NCBI GenBank assembly: GCA_050733375.1
Contig: JBOHST010000374.1
Span: 1-37,213, forward strand
Reading direction: 5' to 3'
Length of the DNA stretch: 37,213 nt
Origin: Gemmatimonadales bacterium
Lineage (GTDB): Bacteria > Gemmatimonadota > Gemmatimonadetes > Gemmatimonadales > GWC2-71-9
Part shown: piece by piece, positions 25,407-32,669 of the stretch
How the letters are laid out: each line of letters starts with the position of its first letter
Numbering within the stretch: the stretch's first letter is position 1
Translations under genes and position numbers: made by a program
The notes under the pieces: generated by a model
Seen by the model: only the letters and a program-made list of their open reading frames with translations
What the model was told of the DNA's origin: nothing
The model's database searches: none

Positions 25407-26017
25407 GCACGCCGCCGCTGAATATCGCGCGCCAGCTCTTCCGATGGCGTGCCGAGCTCCCGCGCCAGCCGTTGCGTCGCATCCGCCTCACCCGGCCATT
25501 CCCGCGCCGCCGCCAGCGCATCGAGGGCGACCTCGGCGATCGCGTTGGTGCGCTCCTCCAATGTCTGCGTTCGCTCCGCCACCTCGCGCGCCAACCAGCG
25601 CTCCAGCTCGCGCCGGTCGACCTCGAGCTGCCGTTTGCGCAGGGCGCTCTGCAGCGACACCTCCAGCTCTTCCAGGTCGAGCGGCTTGATCAGGTAGTCA
25701 TACGCGCCGAGTCGCAGGCACTCGATGGCCGTCTTGGGCTGGTCGATCGCGGTCAGCATGATGATGGCGAGATCGGGCTCCGAGGCCAGTGCCTTCGGCA
25801 CCAGCTCCACCCCGGTCATGTTCGGCATGCGGATGTCGCTCAGCATCGCCTGCGGGTGGTCGCTGGCGATCCGCTCCAGCGCCGCGGCGCCGTGCTCGGC
25901 CACAACCACGCGATACCCGAGGCGGGTGAGGAAGCGCTGCAATGCTTGTCGGATGCCGGATTCGTCATCCACGACGAGAATCGTCGTGGGCTCGGGGCTG
26001 GGAGGGTTCGCCGGCAT
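25403..26017 (-). CDS. response regulator, canonical receiver plus C-terminal helical region with no recognisable output domain
   Basis: ILVVDDESG, MLSDIRMPNMTG, IIMLTA and YDYLIKP supply all canonical REC residues. About 80 aa of Glu/Arg/Ala-rich helix follow. Confidence 0.9.
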   Translation of the reverse strand: MPANPPSPEPTTILVVDDESGIRQALQRFLTRLGYRVVVAEHGAAALERIASDHPQAMLSDIRMPNMTGVELVPKALASEPDLAIIMLTAIDQPKTAIECLRLGAYDYLIKPLDLEELEVSLQSALRKRQLEVDRRELERWLAREVAERTQTLEERTNAIAEVALDALAAAREWPGEADATQRLARELGTPSEELARDIQRRRA

Positions 26018-26074
26018 GACGACTCGAAGCTATTTGACCTCCACAAGCTGAGCAAGCTCGGCTATCTTCGCCGC

Positions 26075-27052
26075 GTGACCGTGGCCGCACCCGCGCCGAA
26101 TCTCGCCGCCGTTCCCGGCATCGTGGCCGGGCACTGGACGCATCCGAGCGGCGCCACCGGGTGCACCGTCGTGCTTGCACCGCCCGGCGGGATGCGCGCG
26201 GCGGCGGCGCTGCGCGGACGGGCGACCGGCACGCGCGAGGTCGACGCGCTCGATCCACGCCACATCGTGGCACATGTGGACGCCATTCTCCTCACCGGCG
26301 GTTCGGCCTTTGGGCTGGGTGCCGCCGATGGAGTGATGCGTTGGCTCTTGGCGCGGCGCCGTGGGTTTCCCGTCGGCCCCGACCTTGTGGTGCCGATCGT
26401 CCCGACGGCGGTCCTCTTCGACCTCGGGAATACCGGAGCCGCCCCGGTGTGGCCCGGGCCGGATGACGCGGAGGCGGCCTGTGCGGCGGCGGCGGCGGAG
26501 ATCGCCGAAGGCTCGGTGGGCGCCGGCGCGGGTGCGACGGTGGGGAAAGCGGCGGGGATCGATCGGGCGATGAAGGGCGGGGTCGGCACGTGGGCCATGC
26601 GCGCGGGCGACGTCGTGGTCGGAGCCCTCGTGGTCGTCAACGCGGTAGGCGATGTGCGCGACGCGCGGGGCGCGATCCTCGCCGGGGCGCGCGACGACGC
26701 CGGTGGGTTCCTCGATGGCCTGCGGTACTTGGCGCGGGGAGGTGAGCCGTTCGGCGGTGGTCGGGCGAGCCCGCGGAACACCACCCTCGCCGTCGTGGCC
26801 ACCAACGCCGCGCTCGACACGATTGCGCTCGAAGCCCTCGCCCATGCCGCCGGCGATGCCCTGGCACGTCGCATCACGCCCTACGGCACCCTGTTCGATG
26901 GGGACGTCGTGTTTGCCGTCAGCACGGCCGCGGTGCCGCCGGCCTCGCCGCTCCAGGCCGAGGCCCTCACGGCAGAGGTGGTGCCGGAAGCGCTGGAGCG
27001 CGCGGTGCGCCTCGCCCGCGGGAACGCGCGCACGCCCGGGCTCGCGTCGTGA
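26075..27052 (+). CDS. DmpA/S58 (P1) family aminopeptidase
   Basis: GTG 26075 is the first start codon in frame after the divergent regulator. GATGCTVVL, ILLTGGSAFGL, GAGATVGK and NTTLAVVATNA are typical of L-aminopeptidase/D-esterase family proteins. 325 aa. Confidence 0.85.
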   Translation: MTVAAPAPNLAAVPGIVAGHWTHPSGATGCTVVLAPPGGMRAAAALRGRATGTREVDALDPRHIVAHVDAILLTGGSAFGLGAADGVMRWLLARRRGFPVGPDLVVPIVPTAVLFDLGNTGAAPVWPGPDDAEAACAAAAAEIAEGSVGAGAGATVGKAAGIDRAMKGGVGTWAMRAGDVVVGALVVVNAVGDVRDARGAILAGARDDAGGFLDGLRYLARGGEPFGGGRASPRNTTLAVVATNAALDTIALEALAHAAGDALARRITPYGTLFDGDVVFAVSTAAVPPASPLQAEALTAEVVPEALERAVRLARGNARTPGLAS

Positions 27053-28053
27053 CGGACCGGCTGGCGCGCGCGCTCGACGACCTGCGCCGGAAATGGGTCC
27101 CCGACCGCCGGCTGGGGGTGTTCGACGTCATCGCGTCCGGAGAGCGCCTCGTGGGCCGCACGACGAGCCGCGAGGCGTTGGCCGATCTGCGGCTCGAGGG
27201 CGCGAAGGCCGGCCTCGCCGTGGACGTGTCCTTGCTCCCTGACGCGTCGGTGGACGATGGCGGCATGGCCGTCGTCACCGCAGCGGTGGCGCCGCTGCTC
27301 GACGAGCCGTCGATCAGCGCGCCGCGCGTGTCCGAGGGACTGCACGGCGAGCCGCTCGCCCTGCTGGAGCGGCGTGGCGATTGGCTGCACGTGCGCGGAG
27401 CCGACGGCTACGTGGCCTGGACCCACGCCGGCTACGCGACGATCGGCACGAACGACTGGCTCGCGGATTGGCTGGCGCGGGCCACCGCTCGCTCGCTCGG
27501 CTGCGAGCTCGAGTATCAGGGAATGCGGTTGCGGTTGCCGATCGGCGCGCGACTGGCATTGCGGCGCGACGGGCTCGTCGAGACGGCCGACGGCCGCCTC
27601 GCGCGGATTTACACGGGCATGGTGCGGCTCGAAAGCGAGCTGCACGCGGAGGCACGACTGATCGCAGCGCCGGAGCTGGCGCTCCGCTGGTTCGGGGGCG
27701 CGCCGTACCTGTGGGGCGGCCGGACGGAGTGGGGAGTCGACTGCTCCGGGCTCGCGCAGGCGATCTGGGCGGCGCGCGGCGTGGTGCTGCCGCGCGACAG
27801 CGACCAGCAGTTCGTCACGGGCGAGGAAGTGCGCCTCGATGCCAGCGGGGCGGGGTACCACGCCGGTGATCTGTTGTTCTTCGCCGAGGAACGGCGTGTG
27901 TCGCACGTGGCCCTGTGGGCCGGAGCCGGGCGCATGGTGCATTCCACCTTGCCGCGGGGGGGTGTGGCGAGCGAAGACTTGTTCGCCGACCATCCGCGGC
28001 TGCAACGGCTGCGGGACCAGCTGGTCGGGGTGCGCCGCGTGGAGCGGCGATGA
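27049..28053 (+). CDS. NlpC/P60 family peptidase with N-terminal SH3-like domains (YkfC-like), no signal peptide
   Basis: GTGA overlap with the upstream stop. YLWGGRTEWGVDCSGL holds the catalytic Cys and VSHVALWAG the His. The GDWLHVRGADGYVAW segment is SH3b-like. Confidence 0.9.
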   Translation: MTDRLARALDDLRRKWVPDRRLGVFDVIASGERLVGRTTSREALADLRLEGAKAGLAVDVSLLPDASVDDGGMAVVTAAVAPLLDEPSISAPRVSEGLHGEPLALLERRGDWLHVRGADGYVAWTHAGYATIGTNDWLADWLARATARSLGCELEYQGMRLRLPIGARLALRRDGLVETADGRLARIYTGMVRLESELHAEARLIAAPELALRWFGGAPYLWGGRTEWGVDCSGLAQAIWAARGVVLPRDSDQQFVTGEEVRLDASGAGYHAGDLLFFAEERRVSHVALWAGAGRMVHSTLPRGGVASEDLFADHPRLQRLRDQLVGVRRVERR

Positions 28054-28763
28054 CCCCGCCGCTGCGGCTCATCCTGTTCGACATCGACGGGACGATTCTC
28101 CTGACGGACGGGGCCGGCCGGCGTGCTATCCAGCGCGCTATGCTCGACGAGATGGGCACCGCGGGCCCGATCGAGGGCCACCGGTTCGACGGCAAGACCG
28201 ATCCCCAGATCGTGCGCGAGCTGCTGGGGCTCGCGGGGCATCCGGCGGCGGGCGACGCGGCGCGTATCGACGCGGTCTGCGAGCGCTACGTCACGTTGCT
28301 CAAGGCCGAGCTGGCGCGACCGGCCCAGGCCACCCGGTTAATGGCCGGCGTCGCGGAGCTGCTCGCGGCGCTCGCCCGCCCGGAAGCGGAACGGCGGGCG
28401 CTCGTGGGGCTGCTCACCGGCAACCTCGAGCGCGGCGCGGCGCTCAAGCTGCGCTCGGCGGGGATCGATCCGGCGCGCTTCACGGTCGGCGCGTTCGGGT
28501 CGGACGCGCCGCGCCGGCCCGAGCTCCCCGCCATCGCACGGCGCCGCGCCGAAGCCCTGAGCGGGCAACGTATCGCGGGAGCGGATGTCGTGATCGTCGG
28601 CGACACGCCCGATGACATCGCGTGCGCGCGCCCCATCGGTGCCCGCACCGTCGCTGTCGCGACCGGCTACTACGACGTCGCGGCGCTGGCCGCGGCGGGC
28701 GCTACCCGGGTGTTCGCCGATCTCTCCGAGACGGCGACCGTGCTCGACGCGCTGCTCGCGTGA
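28050..28763 (+). CDS. HAD-superfamily hydrolase (phosphoglycolate-phosphatase-like)
   Basis: ATGA overlap. LILFDIDGTIL matches the DxDGT motif I, LLTGN motif II, and VIVGDTPDDI motif IV. Confidence 0.85.
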   Translation: MTPPLRLILFDIDGTILLTDGAGRRAIQRAMLDEMGTAGPIEGHRFDGKTDPQIVRELLGLAGHPAAGDAARIDAVCERYVTLLKAELARPAQATRLMAGVAELLAALARPEAERRALVGLLTGNLERGAALKLRSAGIDPARFTVGAFGSDAPRRPELPAIARRRAEALSGQRIAGADVVIVGDTPDDIACARPIGARTVAVATGYYDVAALAAAGATRVFADLSETATVLDALLA

Positions 28764-29356
28764 CCGCCACCCGCGCTCCCCTGCGCCCGCCGCATCAGGA
28801 GCTCGAAGTCAAAGCGCGCGTCATCGCCGTCGCGCCGTTGCGACGCGCGCTGCGGCGCGCTGGCGCACGGCTGGAATTCCGGGGCCGGATGCTCGACCGC
28901 CGCTACGATCGCGCCCGCGAGCTCACCCGCGGCGACCAGGTCCTGCGGCTCCGGACGTATCGGCCGGCGGGCCGCGGCCGCGTCCACGCGGTGCTCGCCT
29001 GGAAGGGACCGGCGAGCGCCCGCGGGCGCTACCGCCACCGCGCCGAGCTGGAGGTCGCCGTGGGCGACCCGGCGGCGCTGCAGGCGCTGCTCGATCGGCT
29101 GAAGTACCGGGTGACGCTCGCCATCGATCGACAGGTCGAAGTGTACCGGTTGGGGGCCGCGACCCTGCGGCTCGAGCGCTATCCGCGGATGGACACCCTG
29201 CTCGAGGTGGAAGGACCGCCTGCCGCCATCGAGCGCGCCATCGCGGCGATCGGCTTGCCCCGCGAGCGATTCCTGTCGGAGTCGTTGCCGTTTTTCACCG
29301 CGGCCTACCGGCGCCGCACCGGACGGCGACCCTTGCTCGCCCGCGGCCAATCGTGA
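28760..29356 (+). CDS. CYTH domain protein (class IV adenylate cyclase / triphosphate tunnel metalloenzyme family)
   Basis: GTGA overlap. ELEVKARV matches the ExExK signature. LRLRTY...LAWKGP...RAELEV and LLEVEG resemble the CyaB-like beta-strand pattern. 198 aa. Confidence 0.8.
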   Translation: MTATRAPLRPPHQELEVKARVIAVAPLRRALRRAGARLEFRGRMLDRRYDRARELTRGDQVLRLRTYRPAGRGRVHAVLAWKGPASARGRYRHRAELEVAVGDPAALQALLDRLKYRVTLAIDRQVEVYRLGAATLRLERYPRMDTLLEVEGPPAAIERAIAAIGLPRERFLSESLPFFTAAYRRRTGRRPLLARGQS

Positions 29357-30063
29357 AACTGCACGTCCCCGAGCTGGCGCCGGCGCTGGGCCGGCTCATC
29401 GTCCCGCGCCGACTGGTCGAGCCGTGGGTGCCGCTCGACGACCTGCGAGAGGCGCTGGCGACGCGCGTGCTCGAATGCGCCGGCGCCGCGCGACGCGACG
29501 CCGCCGATGACGCGCCCGCGCGCGCGCTCACGCATCTCAGCCACGAGGCGTGGAGCGGCGCTTGGAACGAGGCGGTACGTCGCACGGCCGAACGGGTGGC
29601 GGATGCGCTGGACACAAGTCTCGCGGGCGCAGCGCGCCGGGTGCGCATGCCGCGGCGGAAGCAGCGCGCGCTCGCGCTGGTGAGCGTCGAGCGCCGGGCG
29701 ATCGCCGCGCGGTTCGCGTCGGGGGCCGACCACTTCGAGGAGGCGCTGCGGGCCGTCACCCGCTCGACCGACACGCTGCACCGGACATGGCCGGCCGACC
29801 CCGCCGACCATGCCGAATGGCAGGAGGCGCAGCAGCTGGCCGCGCGGCGGCTCGAAGCGGCGTGGCTCGTGCTCGAGACCCAGGTCGAAGCGGAGCGTAC
29901 GCGCTGGGCTCCCGAGCTCGAGGCGATCAACGCCTGGCGGCCCAGCCTGGCGCCGGTGTTCAGCGTCTGGATCCCGTGTGCCGCCCTCGCGATCTGGCTC
30001 GGGCTCGTGCTCGGCGGCTACCTTCCGGCTCCGACATGGCTCGCCGCGTTGTTGGACTTCTAG
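29353..30063 (+). CDS. hypothetical helical protein with C-terminal transmembrane tail anchor
   Basis: GTGA overlap with the CYTH stop. 236 aa, Ala/Arg/Glu-rich helical sequence ending in the hydrophobic segment VFSVWIPCAALAIWLGLVLGGYLPAP. I recognise no family motif. Confidence 0.65.
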   Translation: MKLHVPELAPALGRLIVPRRLVEPWVPLDDLREALATRVLECAGAARRDAADDAPARALTHLSHEAWSGAWNEAVRRTAERVADALDTSLAGAARRVRMPRRKQRALALVSVERRAIAARFASGADHFEEALRAVTRSTDTLHRTWPADPADHAEWQEAQQLAARRLEAAWLVLETQVEAERTRWAPELEAINAWRPSLAPVFSVWIPCAALAIWLGLVLGGYLPAPTWLAALLDF

Positions 30064-32204
30064 TCCTGCTCGGTGCGGGACTCCACGCCCCCGCGGCCGC
30101 TCAGCTCCGCCCGCTGGCGGTGCCGGTGTCCGGTCCGGCGGGCATCGACTCCCTCGCGCGCCTCGGCTTCGAGGTCGCCGGGGTCCGACGTGGCATCAGC
30201 GGGCTCGAGGCGATGATCGTGGCGTCTCCGGAGATGGAGCGACTGCTTGCCGCGCGGGGCTTTGTCGCGGCGCCGCCGCCGGGCCTGCCGCCCGTCGGCG
30301 CGGCGGCCGACACCTTTCAGGTGTACCGGTCGTTCGACAAGCCTGTGACCGGCATCCGCGCCGCGCTCGCCGCGTGGGCCGCGGCGGATACGCTGCTCCA
30401 CGTCGATTCGATCGGCGCGACGCTCGAGGGCCGCCCGATTCTCGCGGTGAAGATCGGCGCCGCGACCGACGCCGCATCCCGACCCAACGTGCTGTTCATG
30501 GGAACCCACCACGCGCGCGAGTGGGTGGCGACCGAAATGGCGATGCGACTCATCCGCTGGCTCGCCGATTCGCTCCCGCCGGCGTTGCGCGACACGCGCG
30601 ATATCTGGGTGATTCCCGTCGAGAATCCCGACGGCTACCAATACACCTTCACCACCGACCGCTTTTGGCGGAAGAATCGGCGGCCCAACGCCGACGGCTC
30701 GGTCGGGGTGGATCTGAACCGCAACTACCCCGAGTTCTGGGGTTACGACAACGCCGGATCGAGCCCTGTGGGAGTGGCCGAAACCTACCGCGGCCCGTCG
30801 CCCGCCTCTGAGCTCGAGACGCAGGCGATCATCGCCTTCCACGCGGCGCACCCGCCGGTGAGCGCCGTCTCCTACCACACCTTCGGCGGGCTGGTGCTGC
30901 ATCCGTACGGCTTCCGGCCCGGGGCGATGCCGCCCGACTTGCCGGTGTATCGCGCGCTCGCGGGCACCGATCTCGCCCCGGCGGTCCACGACAGCCTCCC
31001 GGGCACGATCCACGCGTATTACCACCCCGGCCCGAATTGGAACCTGTACCCGACCAATGGCGAGTACACTGATTGGGCCTATCGCGCTCACCAAACGATC
31101 GCCTTCACGCCCGAGCTGACGAGCGGCTGCTGCACCGGCGATTCGAGTCTCTACTACGGCTTCGCGCTGCCCGACGACCCCGCACTGGTCGAGCGGGTGT
31201 TCCGGGACAATCTGCCGTTCGCGCTCGCCGTGATCGCGACCGCCGGCGACCCGGCGACTGCCGTGGGCCCGGCCGGCGCCGGGCCGACGCCGCCACGGGT
31301 GGAATCGATCTGGCCGGAGGCGTGGGTGAGTCTGCCGTCCGCCGGCCCGGTGCCGTTCACGCTCACGGCGCGGTCGGCCACCGGCAGTGTCGTGACCCGC
31401 TCGCTGTCCGCCGATTCGCTCACTCGCGGTACCGTGCGAACGGTGTGGCGCACGGACCTGAGCACCGACGGCACCCGGGCCATTCGGGTGGACGGGGTGG
31501 GATTCGAGGCCGAGCTCATTTCGCTCGCCGGTGCCGAGGACCTCGACACGGGTTGGCAGGGATGGACTCGCACGAACGACGCGCTCGCCGGGCTGTGGTC
31601 GTGGGGGACGTTCACCTCCGATACCCTCACGTCGCCCGCGGTCGATCTGTCGGGCCGCTCGCGCAATTGGCTCCAGTTCTGGACCAAGCATCGTGGGTCG
31701 ACGTTCACTCCCGAGCTGCGTGGGTTGGTGCAGGTCTCGGCGGATAACGGCGCCACCTGGAACGACGTGACGGCGATCGTGGGAGATGGGCCGGCGTGGT
31801 ACCCGGTGCGGGTGGATCTTCCGGCGGTCGCGCACACGCCGGCGGCGCGGGTGCGCTTCGTGTCGACCGGGTTCACCTGGTGGCTGGACGCGGTCGGGTT
31901 CGCGAGCGACTCCACCGGTCTGTTTGCGGCGCAGCCGCCGGTCGCGAGTCTCGAGGTGTCGGAGAACCCGGTGCGCGGCGCGCAGGTGGTGTTCTCGTGG
32001 CCGGTCGGAAGTGGGGCGCCGCGCGTCGGCGTCTACAGTTTCACCGGTGAGCGGCTGCTGTCGGCGACGCTTACCCCAGGGTCCACCGAGTACGCATGGG
32101 ACCTCACGGCCGGCTCGCGCCGGGTGTCGAACGGCGCCTATCTCGTGGTGCTGGAGCTGGACGGCAACGTGTCACGGCGACGCCTGTTCGTGACCCGCCC
32201 ATGA
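30036..32204 (+). CDS. secreted M14-family zinc carboxypeptidase with large C-terminal extension and CTD-like tail
   Basis: ATG 30036 gives the signal peptide MARRVVGLLVLLGAGLHAPAAAQ. THHAREW matches the HxxE Zn site, with DLNRNY, SYHTFGG and FTPEL as further M14 motifs. The last ~85 aa (ENPVRGAQVVFSW...GAYLVVLELDG...RLFVTRP) resemble T9SS C-terminal sorting or FlgD-Ig-like domains. Confidence 0.9.
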   Translation: MARRVVGLLVLLGAGLHAPAAAQLRPLAVPVSGPAGIDSLARLGFEVAGVRRGISGLEAMIVASPEMERLLAARGFVAAPPPGLPPVGAAADTFQVYRSFDKPVTGIRAALAAWAAADTLLHVDSIGATLEGRPILAVKIGAATDAASRPNVLFMGTHHAREWVATEMAMRLIRWLADSLPPALRDTRDIWVIPVENPDGYQYTFTTDRFWRKNRRPNADGSVGVDLNRNYPEFWGYDNAGSSPVGVAETYRGPSPASELETQAIIAFHAAHPPVSAVSYHTFGGLVLHPYGFRPGAMPPDLPVYRALAGTDLAPAVHDSLPGTIHAYYHPGPNWNLYPTNGEYTDWAYRAHQTIAFTPELTSGCCTGDSSLYYGFALPDDPALVERVFRDNLPFALAVIATAGDPATAVGPAGAGPTPPRVESIWPEAWVSLPSAGPVPFTLTARSATGSVVTRSLSADSLTRGTVRTVWRTDLSTDGTRAIRVDGVGFEAELISLAGAEDLDTGWQGWTRTNDALAGLWSWGTFTSDTLTSPAVDLSGRSRNWLQFWTKHRGSTFTPELRGLVQVSADNGATWNDVTAIVGDGPAWYPVRVDLPAVAHTPAARVRFVSTGFTWWLDAVGFASDSTGLFAAQPPVASLEVSENPVRGAQVVFSWPVGSGAPRVGVYSFTGERLLSATLTPGSTEYAWDLTAGSRRVSNGAYLVVLELDGNVSRRRLFVTRP

Positions 32205-32590
32205 GCGTCGTCGGTGTCGGGGTAGACCTGGTGGAAGTGTCCCGGGTGCGCCAGATGCTCGCCGAGAAGGGCGCGCACGTGTTCGATCGTCTGCTCACGC
32301 CGGATGAGGCGCGGTACTGCCGCTCCAAGACGGATCCCACCGAAAGCGTCGCGGCTCGGCTCGCCGCCAAGGAGGCGGTCTACAAGGCGCTGCAGGGGAG
32401 CGCGGCGGCGCGGGGGATCGGGTGGCGCGAGATTGAAGTCGTGCGCGACGAGGACGGCCGGCCGGAAGTGGCGCTGGCGGGGCTCGCCGCCGAGCGGGCG
32501 GTGGCTCTGGGGGTGCGGCGGGTGATCGTGTCGTTGTCGCATACACATCAGGCCGCGGTCGCCGTGGCGGTCTTGGACACCGAGAGCTGA
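32201..32590 (+). CDS. acpS: holo-[acyl-carrier-protein] synthase
   Basis: ATGA overlap. MSVVGVGVDLVEVSRV..., RLAAKEAVYKAL and VSLSHT are the classic AcpS pattern. 129 aa. Confidence 0.9.
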   Translation: MSVVGVGVDLVEVSRVRQMLAEKGAHVFDRLLTPDEARYCRSKTDPTESVAARLAAKEAVYKALQGSAAARGIGWREIEVVRDEDGRPEVALAGLAAERAVALGVRRVIVSLSHTHQAAVAVAVLDTES

Positions 32591-32605
32591 ACCACGGTGT
32601 GTCGG

Positions 32606-32634
32606 TTGCCTTCCCGCGGCTGCTGTTCTACTTT
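32606..32634 (+). promoter_or_regulatory. candidate sigma-70 promoter of the cytochrome c-FTR1 gene
   Basis: TTGCCT (32606-32611), 17-nt spacer, TACTTT (32629-32634), about 20 nt upstream of the ATG. Confidence 0.45.
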
Positions 32635-32650
32635 TCTGTGCACACCTTCT

Positions 32651-32669
32651 GAGAATGATTCTCATTTCC
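32651..32669. promoter_or_regulatory. Fur-box-like palindrome overlapping the start codon of the iron permease gene
   Basis: GAGAATGATTCTCATTTCC matches the 19-bp E. coli Fur consensus GATAATGATAATCATTATC at 14 of 19 positions by my count. The core GAGAAT-G-ATTCTC is a perfect palindrome, and the ATG at 32655 lies inside it. Confidence 0.5.

Noticed and set aside
26034-26068. TTGACC ... TATCTT as a promoter for the DmpA operon
   Set aside because: The spacer is 23 nt, too long for a sigma-70 promoter. TATCTT lies only 6 nt before the GTG and might serve a leaderless transcript, but without a -35 partner I cannot support the call.
25268-26074. N-terminal 269 aa of the 594-aa plus-strand ORF
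   Set aside because: This part is antisense to the canonical response regulator (25403..26017). DmpA-family similarity starts only after the internal GTG at 26075.
30060-31835. 591-aa minus-strand ORF
   Set aside because: It is antisense to the M14 carboxypeptidase, which has all zinc and catalytic motifs.
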